Shown one piece after another: positions 52,990 through 63,439 of a stretch of 64,000 nucleotides of DNA (positions are counted from its first letter, which is position 1; each line of letters starts with the position of its first letter). The notes under the pieces were generated by a model, which did no database searches, was not told where the DNA came from, and worked only from the letters and a program-made list of their open reading frames with translations. A program made the position numbers and the translations under genes. The DNA comes from an uncultured Nitrososphaerota archaeon (GTDB lineage Archaea > Asgardarchaeota > Njordarchaeia > Njordarchaeales > Njordarchaeaceae): NCBI GenBank assembly GCA_964518475.1, contig CAZFGR010000008.1:1-64000 (forward strand). Reading direction: 5' to 3'.

Positions 52990-55605
52990 TTAAGAGTTGT
53001 TGGCTCTACTCCTTAGTCGGAGGGCGATTGTCTCTATTCTCCAAGGCTTTATTTCTAATCTAATACTGTCTTCTGAGGAAGTTATTCTTCTTATTCTTTC
53101 CTCTTTTAGATTAGTTATCCAGGCCTCTTCTATCGGGAAATAGGATTTTATTACTGCTTCTTTAGTAGTATTTGATCGGTTAAATAGCCTTAGTATTACA
53201 TAGTTACCGTCTTCGCTCATCTTTAGAGCTGAGACATAAACTGTGTTAGGGGAAATTTCGAAGAAACTATTCTTGGGCGGTAATGAGCCTTTTTTCTCAG
53301 CAAATACTCCCACGAGTGGCTGTGTAAAATTCTTCGCTTCTTTGACCCCCTCATCTAGATCGATTATCGGAATTATTGAGTACTCTACCTCTATCTTACC
53401 GATGCATTGGGCTTCGGGCACCGGTAGTGGTGGTCCAGCATGACCCTTACGGCTCCTTAAATTATCCTTAGATAGACTACCCACGCTCCTTAACAAGGTT
53501 ATGTAGAGGAGTACCTTATTTCCATTCTTCTTGACGGAGTACTCATGTAACCCTCTAGTAGCGATTAATATTCCTCCTTCATCATCAAAGACCGCGACAT
53601 AATCCTGCATTGGGTGAACTTTAGGAGATTGCTCTATCCAATCACTTTCCTCTGGTTCCTCGATTTTTCTGTAATAATCATAGAAATGGACTTCAGACAA
53701 TGCTTTATCGCTTCTAGTATCTATTGGGAATAATGCCCTCATTCTATGGTCGCGAGCTGTGTTAGTGATTACGATTCTCGTATCTATCCGCGGGATATCT
53801 TTGTAGAACGTATAGTATACCTCTACTTTCACGGGTACTTTCTCGGAACTCCTTTCTCGATTAATGGCTTTTTCAGGAATCATCATCACGTACTCGGCTT
53901 TAATTATCGCATATTCGGGATTCTTCTCTATAAGCTCGATGCTTGCTTTCGCATCTAAACTCGATACATCCTCTCCCTCATCTGGTCTATCATAGTTATA
54001 AACGTCGCCCACGTCTCCCTCATCAACGATAATATTTAGTCCTGAGTACACTCTTCCATTTCTTTTATCCTTTATTACTAATGAAGCACCGTGCTCCATG
54101 TCAATGAAGACTTCGAAAAATCTCGTCTCAACTCTGGATTCTTGAATCCTTAATCCATTGTTTATGGATGGTTTATCTCTCGTGATTCCGTATACTTTGT
54201 ATCCCATAGGGGGTATATCCCGTGCAATAAACGTTACCTCTTTAAACTCTCCCTCTGGTAGCTCTCTTGTATTAACAGGTACTACTGAACTATCAGGATC
54301 TACTACCGCGTCTACATCAACGAAACCTGGGACAATTACTTTAACTGGTCCCGTGACGTTCCAGTTATTGGGGTTAAACACCAGTATTTTCGGCCCTTCC
54401 TTGTTTGTGAGATTTCCTAAATAATAAAGCTCTTGAAGCATCATGTTACTTGCGGCGGCGATGACTTCTTGGAACCTAGCAACGTTCTCTCTGTGTACTT
54501 CATCCACACTAGTGCCACAAATACTATCATGTGCGTGATTCAGAAGAAGCTTAATCCATAAAGTTCTGATTAGGGGTTGGGGATACTCGTAACCTAGCTG
54601 AGAAACTATAACGGAGACCGGCTCGAGATACTTCTCCAACAATTTCTGAGCCTTGAAGTTTAGTTGTTTAAGATAGATTCTTGTGGAGAGAACATCCGCT
54701 AGAATTGGTCTATATTTGCATTTCCGAAGTTCTCCTCTATAGACTGGGAGATCCGGTATAGCCTTTATATGATCAAAGAACTCTTCTAATCCACCAACTA
54801 TTATATCAATCTTGAGAGTCTCCTTTATCTTCTTGAGGTACTTCATTAGTTTTATCTGAGCTGGTAAGTGGTCACATCCATTCATGATAAGGTAATAATC
54901 TCCTCTCCCACATTCACGCTCTCTCTTAATTATTTGGGTGATTCCCTCAATAATCTTACCAAGATCCGGCTCTGGCTCCTCGAAATAGTAGGTATAATAA
55001 ATCGTTTTCCGAGAATAAGGATTCGTGAACACTCTCATGAATCGTCTATACGGTTCCTCAATCCCTAGGAAATGACCATTGCAGTAACCATCTCTCATGA
55101 AGTAAGAGAAAACCCTAGAACCATCAGGCGCTTCCCATATAAACTGGCAAGGGACCTCATCATCCATGCCTCTGGAAAAAAGAAACGTATCTATTCCAAA
55201 ACCTCTAAGAATCTGGGGTAATTGTGGAGTGTGGCCGAACGCATCTGGTAGGTATCCAATCCTAAATACGCCACCGAATTCCTCAGCTATCCTAATCCCT
55301 AGCAACAAATTTCTTATGAGAGATTCCCCAGATACTAAGAATTCATCGGGTTGTGTGAACCAAGGGCCTATGCTTAGTTTTTTCTCTTTCACGAGTCTCT
55401 CTACTCTTCCTCTCATCCAAGGTCTCAGCTCTAGATAATCTAGTAAGGCGGATACTTGACCATCAAGCAAGAAATAATCTATGTCGCCTCTTTCTAATCC
55501 CTCAATGACCTTATCTAATACTCTAACAAGATATAGCCTGTATTCATTAAACGTTAGGTACCATTCCCGATCCCAGTGAGTATGGGGAATTATGAAGACT
55601 CTCAT
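52990..55605 (-). CDS. GH38 alpha-mannosidase (MngB-like)
   Basis: HTHWDREW, LLDGQ, YLPDAFGH, NGCDH, HAHDSICGTS. Confidence 0.94.
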   Translation of the reverse strand: MRVFIIPHTHWDREWYLTFNEYRLYLVRVLDKVIEGLERGDIDYFLLDGQVSALLDYLELRPWMRGRVERLVKEKKLSIGPWFTQPDEFLVSGESLIRNLLLGIRIAEEFGGVFRIGYLPDAFGHTPQLPQILRGFGIDTFLFSRGMDDEVPCQFIWEAPDGSRVFSYFMRDGYCNGHFLGIEEPYRRFMRVFTNPYSRKTIYYTYYFEEPEPDLGKIIEGITQIIKRERECGRGDYYLIMNGCDHLPAQIKLMKYLKKIKETLKIDIIVGGLEEFFDHIKAIPDLPVYRGELRKCKYRPILADVLSTRIYLKQLNFKAQKLLEKYLEPVSVIVSQLGYEYPQPLIRTLWIKLLLNHAHDSICGTSVDEVHRENVARFQEVIAAASNMMLQELYYLGNLTNKEGPKILVFNPNNWNVTGPVKVIVPGFVDVDAVVDPDSSVVPVNTRELPEGEFKEVTFIARDIPPMGYKVYGITRDKPSINNGLRIQESRVETRFFEVFIDMEHGASLVIKDKRNGRVYSGLNIIVDEGDVGDVYNYDRPDEGEDVSSLDAKASIELIEKNPEYAIIKAEYVMMIPEKAINRERSSEKVPVKVEVYYTFYKDIPRIDTRIVITNTARDHRMRALFPIDTRSDKALSEVHFYDYYRKIEEPEESDWIEQSPKVHPMQDYVAVFDDEGGILIATRGLHEYSVKKNGNKVLLYITLLRSVGSLSKDNLRSRKGHAGPPLPVPEAQCIGKIEVEYSIIPIIDLDEGVKEAKNFTQPLVGVFAEKKGSLPPKNSFFEISPNTVYVSALKMSEDGNYVILRLFNRSNTTKEAVIKSYFPIEEAWITNLKEERIRRITSSEDSIRLEIKPWRIETIALRLRSRANNS

Positions 55606-55706
55606 TTACTAATCCCCGAATCAGATAACTCAAGAAACAGCCAGTAAGTTTTAGTGATTATAAACCATACCTATTAACGCGGATAATCCCTAGCATCACT
55701 ACAGCT

Positions 55707-56513
55707 TTATTTGCTAATACTTTTTGCCGCATTAACAAGTTTTTTGACCTTATCCTTCACTACTGGGCTGAGAATCCCTTTCTCTTTAAAATAAGTGCCT
55801 ACTATAGCGCCATCAGCATAGCGGAGAAGTTTCGTGTTCTCTGGTGTTAAACCGCTACCTATTAGAACAGGACCCTTCCCAAGCTCTTTTACCTTGCGTA
55901 GATCCTCCATAGATGGTGGCTCCCCTGTTCTCGACCCAGTTATAACTACTGCAGTAGCTAGGCCTCTTTCAAAAGCATCCATAGCCGTATCTTCGAGTGA
56001 TCTCTCAACTAAAGGTCTTGCATGTTTTACATGAATATCGGCGAGAATCCCTATCTCCGCCCCTAAGATTCGTGCGTTCCTAAGAACTCTTGGTGCGCAA
56101 GGTTCTATGATCCCACTATCAGTTACTATTGTTTCTACATACGCGTTTGCCCTGATAAACTTTCCTCCAGTAACATAAGCTATCGCTAATGCTTCCTCTG
56201 CACTATTCCTTAAAACATTCACTCCTACGGGAACACTTAATTCCCTAACCACTTCTTTAACGATTATCGCCATAGCCGCTACTGTCTCGGGGGATCGAAT
56301 TCTCTTGAGAAATGGTCTGTCTCCAAAATTCTCTACAATTACCCCGTCTACTCCTCCATCTTCAAGAGCTTGTGCATCTCGTAAGGCACTTTCAATAATA
56401 TCTTCAAAGTTTCCTTCATATAAGGGCGCACCCGGTAGAGGTTTTAAATGGACTACTCCTATTATTATTGGGCGGTTTTCTCCAAAGATCTCATCTAGAG
56501 AAAGAATCCTCAC
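55707..56513 (-). CDS. BtpA/SgcQ family protein
   Basis: GVVHLKPLPG, VENFGDRPF, GVNVLRN, ADIHVKHA, IGSG, IVGT. Confidence 0.93.
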   Translation of the reverse strand: MRILSLDEIFGENRPIIIGVVHLKPLPGAPLYEGNFEDIIESALRDAQALEDGGVDGVIVENFGDRPFLKRIRSPETVAAMAIIVKEVVRELSVPVGVNVLRNSAEEALAIAYVTGGKFIRANAYVETIVTDSGIIEPCAPRVLRNARILGAEIGILADIHVKHARPLVERSLEDTAMDAFERGLATAVVITGSRTGEPPSMEDLRKVKELGKGPVLIGSGLTPENTKLLRYADGAIVGTYFKEKGILSPVVKDKVKKLVNAAKSISK

Positions 56514-56601
56514 TCATAATCCCTCAGTAAAAATTTTAGTCTATGTAAAAGTATTAATTAAAAGCGTTGTAATGCCTTTTTGGTTATAGAGGTTAGGGAT
56601 A

Positions 56602-57726
56602 ATGACTATAAATATAGCTCTTATAGGCTTTGGGGATGTAGGATCAAGAAAATTTGTTCCCGCATTAAAAGAGTACGCATCATTAGCACTCAAGAAAAAC
56701 TATCCCTTGTTAAAGAAGAACCGAGAGATCACTCTATACATTGTTGAAATTGATGAGGAAAAGCGTAGATCTGCCGAAGACCTTTCCAGGGAATGCAAAG
56801 AAAAGAATCTCTCATTAAAGATTGTTTTTCTTAACCCTAGGGTGCAAAAAGATAAACAAGTGTTGCATGAATTATTGCAGGAGGAGAGTTTCACCCTTAC
56901 CTATATCGCGTCTCCTAACAAAACCCATGCAAAGTATATCACGGAATTCCTGAATGCCTCCGAGAGGATAATTGTAGAGAAGCCATTATCGGACACTACT
57001 GATGATTTGAGGAATCTTTTAGATACTGACGCACCATCAAAGGTCAGAATGATGGATCATTACTTATACAAGGATGCTATTAAGCAGTTTCTAGAGTTTT
57101 ATTCTACATACTTGCCAATAAATGATCTCCGAGAAATAGAGTTCTATCTCCTAGAAAAGGGCCCAATTTCCTTATCAAGATCATGGCTCTACGAGAGTGG
57201 AGTTATTAGGGACTTACTCCCACACTTCCTCTCGCTACTCTTCAAACTATTCGAGAAAGGTGTAAAAATCTTCGACCCAGAAAAAATCGAGATAAAAAAC
57301 GTCTTTAAGGCAATATACCAGAGAAACGCTATTCCACCACACATTAAAGAGGTCAAGGAAACGTTCGCTTCAATAGAGTTGCTAATGAATAATATTCCAG
57401 TAAAAGCAGTGGTTGGTAAAGGAGTACCAAGTGACAAGAAGCAATTCGTTTTTCGAGGAGAAGAAGTAACAGTCGTCATCAATACTATAGAGAACTCTAT
57501 CAGATCTATACGGAAAGGAAAGGTGGAGATGATGTATCACAGATATGTCAAGAAGGGTCACGAGTACGTATACTTGATGGATGATATATTCAACATGCGA
57601 TGGGATGAGATAGGTCTAAGCTTCTATTCAGCATATAAGGAAGTCGAGATTATGGAAAAAATGGATGCTTACCCAATCGTTCGAGAGTATAAACTCGGGA
57701 CCGCTCCGATACCTATCGAGTTCTAA
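56602..57726 (+). CDS. Glucose-6-phosphate dehydrogenase-like / Gfo-Idh-MocA oxidoreductase
   Basis: GFGDVGSRKFVPAL, IVEKP, RMMDHYLYK, YESGVIRDLLPH, ETFAS, GK. Confidence 0.75.
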   Translation: MTINIALIGFGDVGSRKFVPALKEYASLALKKNYPLLKKNREITLYIVEIDEEKRRSAEDLSRECKEKNLSLKIVFLNPRVQKDKQVLHELLQEESFTLTYIASPNKTHAKYITEFLNASERIIVEKPLSDTTDDLRNLLDTDAPSKVRMMDHYLYKDAIKQFLEFYSTYLPINDLREIEFYLLEKGPISLSRSWLYESGVIRDLLPHFLSLLFKLFEKGVKIFDPEKIEIKNVFKAIYQRNAIPPHIKEVKETFASIELLMNNIPVKAVVGKGVPSDKKQFVFRGEEVTVVINTIENSIRSIRKGKVEMMYHRYVKKGHEYVYLMDDIFNMRWDEIGLSFYSAYKEVEIMEKMDAYPIVREYKLGTAPIPIEF

Positions 57727-57751
57727 ATTCGCTATGAACCTCCTTGAATAA

Positions 57752-58319
57752 TTATAAATCCTTCTTTTTCAAGCCTCTTTGTAATCCCTCTAAGCCAGTA
57801 CAAAGAGGGAACTTATTAAACTCGGGACAACTACTACATGTCTTATATATAGAGTATAGCCTAATACCAGAAATCGCACCATTGAACGATCCGAATAGGA
57901 TAATAAAAAGCGCTACTTTATCAAGCGATGAGACGAGGAGATAAAATACGCTTAACAAAACGATGCTAGCGAAAAAAACCGAGGAAAATCTTGGAGATTA
58001 TCTTCAGAGTTTTATTTCTTCTCCAGACACCATAATAAAAGACTTGAACAATAAGAGTGATTATCAGAAGTTGGAGAATATGTTTTCCAAAAACTTCCCA
58101 GAGATCGAATATAACACCGACTACAAGAGTGATTAACGCGGGAATATATCCAAATGTGCAACCAATACAGAGTTTAGTGCCACGAATAACAATGTAGTCA
58201 TTGATGTAATTGGAGCATTCGGGGTGATAAGAAAGAATAAAAGGTTTAGCGGATGAAAAGAATACGAAAGGCCTCCTAAGTATGCACTTGAAACATATCC
58301 TTATTGTTTTGTTCTCCAA
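57752..58319 (-). CDS. Cys-rich (DUF2085-like) membrane protein split by a frameshift at the homopolymer 57972-57978
   Basis: YHPEC, LCIGC, CSSC motifs; removing one base gives a continuous ...FLGFFASIVLLSVFYLL... Confidence 0.65.
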
Positions 58320-58359
58320 GAAATCACCATAAAAAGGAAAAATGTGTAAGAAAGATCCC

Positions 58360-58722
58360 CTAATATCCAGGTGGGGCGACAGCGTACGTTGGGATTATCC
58401 ATATGAAGTATAGTGTTCCGATGATTATTGCTGGAATGATTATGGATATCAACCAAGCTAGAATAGCTTTGCCCCAAGAGTCCGTGTGGCGTATTTTAAT
58501 TATATACCAAGCAATTATACAGCCGATTATTGGGATAAATGATTCAACAAGAGACGCCAGTAAAGCTGTAATCATTACACTACCAAAACCTAGCTTTTCT
58601 TCCGGAGTGCCTGCTAATTTAAGCCCCAACAATAGGAAGATAGAACCAATGATCCAACCAATTATGAAAGAAATACCCATCAGCATTATGAGCGCTGCCA
58701 TAGGAAGGGCCGGAAATTGCAT
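58360..58722 (-). CDS. Small membrane protein
   Basis: Four hydrophobic segments; WGKAILAW. Confidence 0.75.
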   Translation of the reverse strand: MQFPALPMAALIMLMGISFIIGWIIGSIFLLLGLKLAGTPEEKLGFGSVMITALLASLVESFIPIIGCIIAWYIIKIRHTDSWGKAILAWLISIIIPAIIIGTLYFIWIIPTYAVAPPGY

Positions 58723-58902
58723 TATTTACACCTTGTTATAGTAGAATTTATAGATGTGCAGAATAATAGAGAAATTTCTGTTTTAAAAATTTTCCTATTA
58801 AGGAACAACTCTCAAAATAAGAAGTGCAAAAATTGATCTTTTTTTTAAAAAAAGAAGGAATAAAAAGAGTATGTGAGTAAAACTATTCATAACTTTTCTA
58901 GC

Positions 58903-61900
58903 TTATTTCTTCCTAGCGTGCTTCAGAGCTATGAGAATTACTATTCCTGCTCCAACGATACCTATTACAATAGCTATAACCGTGGATATCGTGATTGGAG
59001 GTCGAGGCGGTGGATTTTGAGAACCAGGCGGTGGTTGTTGAGGTACTACCTCTACTGTTAAGGAGATACTAGCTATGTTCTCTAAGCTATCTGTTGCTTT
59101 GATAGATATTATATGAGTACCTATCTCCAAGTTATCAAGGGAAATATTTACTATTTGTCTTTCCGCTGGTGTCGTATTCTCATAGATAAGTGTTTCGTTT
59201 CTGAAAACTGTTATTTCTGATAGGTGGGGATCCTCGACTACGGATTCCAGGTAATTTCCTGTTGTTCCATTGATTATCTCTGTTGGGTACGATAGAGGTG
59301 TTATGCTGGGGGCTATCTGATCTCCTGTGGAGTTTATGAATACGGAATACACTGAGCTATCCCTTATTTCTCCTATGGATTCTCCAAGGAAGGCAAGGGA
59401 TGTGTTTACCTCATGCACTATTGCGTCCTCTAGCGAGAATAAGTATGTATATTCTCCACTTAACAATCCAGAATCCATGTATAGTTCGTCTCCAGTATAG
59501 GCCAGAGTCTCTGTCGAGTTTATTTCGGTAGCACTAATCGTTATCGTTCCAAAATCTGTCTGTGCGACTGTAGAGTGGTGGAGGTAATAGATATTCAAGG
59601 TATCTATTAAGCAATTCTGAATACTAGCGGAGATATCCATTCCTAGGAATAGTTCAGTTATATTCGTGTCTATGAGTAAGAGTGAGGAATATTCATTCAC
59701 AGTCATATACTCTACCTTTGAGTCTTGGACAACAAGATCCGATGAGCCACTAGTCGTCATATCCATAATTTGAGAAGTATAGATGTAGGATTCCGTGGAC
59801 TCTATCCACATCCACTTAATCTGACTTCCCCGTATTTCCGCAAAGCAACTGCTACCATAACTAGCAAAACTTGCTATGTTTGATTTATCTAGATTAGCGT
59901 AAGCAGCTCCGTAAAGGTCTAGAGATTCTATTGTTGTGCTGTCTCCAGTCAATGCTGAAGTGTAATAAGCTACTACACTCCCTATGCTTGAATCGTAGAT
60001 TTCTAGATCGCCTGAGTAGAGGTATAGAGAATATATTCCGAGAGAACTCATGCTTGTGTTTACTATTACTAGCCTAGAACTGTTATATAACTCGATTGCA
60101 TTGCTAATAACTCCACCAACTAGTACATTATCGCTGTATTCTACAGGAATCTCTAGTACTCCATCTATCGTGTTTTCTGTGATATTAACGTCTGAGGATA
60201 CGTAACGGTTGTACTGGATATTATTGACTACTTGGCTATCATTTATTTGCGCCCGTGCTAGTGTGTCTACGGTTATTTTATCTATCGATGAGTTATATAT
60301 CCAAGCTATTGATGAGTTTCTAAGTGTAATTATTCCCCCACTACCATCAAATGCTGTTCCGCATTTTTCAATCAGGATCGTACTGTTATATGCTGTTAGA
60401 TACCCTACCAGATACGGTTCTCCCCAGAACCATGAAGCGGAGTAAACGTCAGAGTTTCTCATCTCAAGATCGCTGGAATATATAGTAATCGATGATAAGA
60501 TTTGAGTACTGTTGATTGTTAAGCTTGAATCGTAGGCTGTAATACTGTCTATAATTGACCCAGTTATTTCAACCTCTGAGTCATGTAGATTCATCGCAAT
60601 ATCATTTATATCGGAATTTACAATGGTCAGTCTCGAGTTTTCAAGTATCCACGAGTTAGTTAGGTAACCCCATAAGACAGTATTGTTCACCGTGACCGTT
60701 GAGGAAATCACATGTAACCATCCATTTGACATATCGACATTATCCAAATAAGCTATTGTGTTCCCTATAAGGAATTCTCCTTCAAAAGCTACTGAGAATA
60801 CTGAGGAATCAGAGAATGTTGTTCCAGGAATATCTAAACTATCAATACCACTAACCAATTCCCCACTATGTATAATTACTTCTTTAACGGCTCTAGCATA
60901 AGTAGTTCGCAGATTTGTTATATTCGTGGATATAATTTCTAGCCCCTCGTTCTGCTCCACGTATAACTCATCAATTAATGAATCAAATATTCTGCCACTG
61001 CTATAATGCGCACCCAGCATCGTAATGTTGCTTGCAGTAATAGTTATAGAGGAATTGTAGATACTTAGATAATGGCTATTAAGTACTGCTACATCAGCGA
61101 GACACGCGTAAATATATACGCTATCAAATGTTGTATCATTTAGAAGAATATTAGCGAATAGACCTCCTACCTGATAACCAATCGAGTTACTAACAATCAT
61201 TGACATGTTATAGGCGGCGAGTGTTGTACCCGTTAGATTCGATCCAAATACCTGGATATCGGGATTCGCAAAGGAGTCTTCGGCCAAAGGTAATATGGTC
61301 AGTCTCCCTCTTAGGCCAGATACCATACTATCGATTAAGCTAGTATTATTTATCAAAAGATACGAGGCTCGGAGAGCTACTCCTATATTCGAGGAATTCT
61401 TTATTACTATTGTTGAGTCTATTGCTCCATATTTGTACAATCCAGTAGCACTACCGTTAACGTTTCTTATTTCGAGAGAACCGCTCTCAAGAACAATACC
61501 TGTTACATTTCTGATATTATAGGTTGTTGCAGAGTCCAGACTCACATAGTAGTTATTGCTAGGTGCTGGGCTTATCGTTGCCCCATTCACTATCACATCG
61601 AGCTCACGATAAAACCATGCATCTTCTAGATAATCTATGTGTGAGGATTTTACAGTAATGTTTGCGAAATCATTAATGATCAAGGATGATATGTTTGAAT
61701 CCATTATTTGTACGGTTAAGTCGCTGTATGGGAGAGGGTACTCATACCCAATTTCTAGAGCATTTCCGATGGTTACGTTGTCGAGTAGCACGGTTCCAAA
61801 ACCAACCATATAAAGCTTGTCAAAAATTACGTCTTGGAAAACACCGTTCTCCAGAATCTCAAAGGATCCACTCGAAAGATTTGTTCCGCGTACCTCAAGA

Positions 61901-62577
61901 ATCCTTGCCCTTAAACCGAATATATCGGAGATATTTGCTACGTTATCAAGAACTACTTTATCAATCGCTCTTCCTTCTGAAATCTCATCTCCCTCTCCGT
62001 ATGTCACTTCGAAAGAAACTGAGGAGGCCCATATATTCCGAAGCACTATGTACGTAGTGGCATTGCTCATAGCCCATATGGAGACTGTTTCCGCAGAGAC
62101 TTTCTCGGCATGGAACCTTGCTGATGTTGATAATAAAGATCCTTGAAGCTCCATATTTGTAATATTGATCATTGTATTTTCTGTGCAAGAAAGCTCGAAA
62201 GCCGTGACGTTATTAAATGTTGCAGATACGTTATCCCAGACATCAATATATCCATCTACATGAACATTATTTAGGGATATTTTGGTGTTCCCACCAATTA
62301 TTAAGTCCCCGACAATGGTCGTATTAGTTACTAGTACTCTTGCCGATCCATAAATCATTACATCGTGCATGATTTCTACATCTTGAATCACTATGTCGTA
62401 AATGAGAGAAGTACTAGAAGGTACTGAGTAATTACTTATCTCTGCCGCTTTAAGTTCTTCATTAAGGAGCGGTTTATCAGGCATTGTTGCGAGAGGAAGC
62501 ATCGCTATGGTTAAGATAACCAGAACGGCTGCTAGTATTCTTATATTATTCTTCTTACTTACCAATGTTCGCACCAT
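58903..62577 (-). CDS. Large secreted right-handed beta-helix-like surface protein with C-terminal TM anchor
   Basis: Signal peptide; about 1000 aa of I/V/S/N-rich short repeats with many NxS/T sequons; Ig-like domain, Pro-rich linker, TM, KHARKK. Confidence 0.8.
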   Translation of the reverse strand: MVRTLVSKKNNIRILAAVLVILTIAMLPLATMPDKPLLNEELKAAEISNYSVPSSTSLIYDIVIQDVEIMHDVMIYGSARVLVTNTTIVGDLIIGGNTKISLNNVHVDGYIDVWDNVSATFNNVTAFELSCTENTMINITNMELQGSLLSTSARFHAEKVSAETVSIWAMSNATTYIVLRNIWASSVSFEVTYGEGDEISEGRAIDKVVLDNVANISDIFGLRARILEVRGTNLSSGSFEILENGVFQDVIFDKLYMVGFGTVLLDNVTIGNALEIGYEYPLPYSDLTVQIMDSNISSLIINDFANITVKSSHIDYLEDAWFYRELDVIVNGATISPAPSNNYYVSLDSATTYNIRNVTGIVLESGSLEIRNVNGSATGLYKYGAIDSTIVIKNSSNIGVALRASYLLINNTSLIDSMVSGLRGRLTILPLAEDSFANPDIQVFGSNLTGTTLAAYNMSMIVSNSIGYQVGGLFANILLNDTTFDSVYIYACLADVAVLNSHYLSIYNSSITITASNITMLGAHYSSGRIFDSLIDELYVEQNEGLEIISTNITNLRTTYARAVKEVIIHSGELVSGIDSLDIPGTTFSDSSVFSVAFEGEFLIGNTIAYLDNVDMSNGWLHVISSTVTVNNTVLWGYLTNSWILENSRLTIVNSDINDIAMNLHDSEVEITGSIIDSITAYDSSLTINSTQILSSITIYSSDLEMRNSDVYSASWFWGEPYLVGYLTAYNSTILIEKCGTAFDGSGGIITLRNSSIAWIYNSSIDKITVDTLARAQINDSQVVNNIQYNRYVSSDVNITENTIDGVLEIPVEYSDNVLVGGVISNAIELYNSSRLVIVNTSMSSLGIYSLYLYSGDLEIYDSSIGSVVAYYTSALTGDSTTIESLDLYGAAYANLDKSNIASFASYGSSCFAEIRGSQIKWMWIESTESYIYTSQIMDMTTSGSSDLVVQDSKVEYMTVNEYSSLLLIDTNITELFLGMDISASIQNCLIDTLNIYYLHHSTVAQTDFGTITISATEINSTETLAYTGDELYMDSGLLSGEYTYLFSLEDAIVHEVNTSLAFLGESIGEIRDSSVYSVFINSTGDQIAPSITPLSYPTEIINGTTGNYLESVVEDPHLSEITVFRNETLIYENTTPAERQIVNISLDNLEIGTHIISIKATDSLENIASISLTVEVVPQQPPPGSQNPPPRPPITISTVIAIVIGIVGAGIVILIALKHARKK

Positions 62578-62588
62578 GCATTTCTTAT

Positions 62589-62638
62589 CCCCGCCTCCAC
62601 TCCTCTCCTAGAAAAAGAAGAATGGAGATGCTTGGGGG
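62589..62638 (-). promoter_or_regulatory. Long G-U-containing 5'-leader hairpin of the beta-helix gene
   Basis: mRNA CUCCAUUCUUCUUUU-UCU-AGGAGAGGAGUGGAG forms 15 contiguous pairs (4 G-U), extended by GC/GC and CCCC/GGGG; TATA-like TTTTATAG at 62663-62670. Confidence 0.6.
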
Positions 62639-62716
62639 CTGGATTAAAAAGAAAGAAAGAAACTATAAAAAACTTATGATAGTAAAGAGCTCTAAGAAAT
62701 GATTATTTTTGGCTAT

Positions 62717-63307
62717 TTAGGATGTTTCTAGGAGTCTTTTTATTGCTAGGATAATCACCCATATGGATCCTGTCAGGGAGGATAAGAACTCTGGTATAGC
62801 TACCCCTATTACTCCGTAGTTTTTCCATGGAAAGGTCCATATTATTAGACATGCGATGAAGACGAATATTCCGTAGATCCCTAGTAATATATCTTTTCTC
62901 CGAAGAATATTTGATCCGCTTATTATACCCATGCCAATAGGGAACGTTACGAAGAAACCTACTGAGACATAGTAATGGATCCTCCCAGCGGTCTCTGGGA
63001 ATAGTCCTATCAGGAATAAGAATACGGCACTTAGTAATAAGATGAATACTCCTATTTTTTCCACGATGGTCTCAAAATCCTTCATAATACCGATTAAAGA
63101 GATGAAAAACAGGATTCCAGAGATTATTAAGCCGCTGTTAAATATTATATTGGCTCCATATCTGATCCCGAGGGGTCCTCCAAGATCACTTAAGGCGTTA
63201 TGGATCCAAGAGAATTCGGGAGTTTTAGCGATGGCGATGAATATGAAGGTATAAGCTACAATGGGAGTAAGAATCGCGAAGTAGTAGAATATCTTCAAAT
63301 TCTTCAT
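62717..63307 (-). CDS. DUF998 family membrane protein
   Basis: FSWIHNALSDLG, FNSGLI, IGLFPE, IHYYVS, AIPE. Confidence 0.88.
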   Translation of the reverse strand: MKNLKIFYYFAILTPIVAYTFIFIAIAKTPEFSWIHNALSDLGGPLGIRYGANIIFNSGLIISGILFFISLIGIMKDFETIVEKIGVFILLLSAVFLFLIGLFPETAGRIHYYVSVGFFVTFPIGMGIISGSNILRRKDILLGIYGIFVFIACLIIWTFPWKNYGVIGVAIPEFLSSLTGSIWVIILAIKRLLETS

Positions 63308-63439
63308 AGAACTCCCTCCTGTAAATGTTAAACATCTTTTTTAATATGCAATACCCAGAACTTGTTTATTTGATACCTTTTATTCATGATTATGTATATA
63401 TCCATGAGTGTTTAGAAGTTACCCTTAATAGATAGGATC

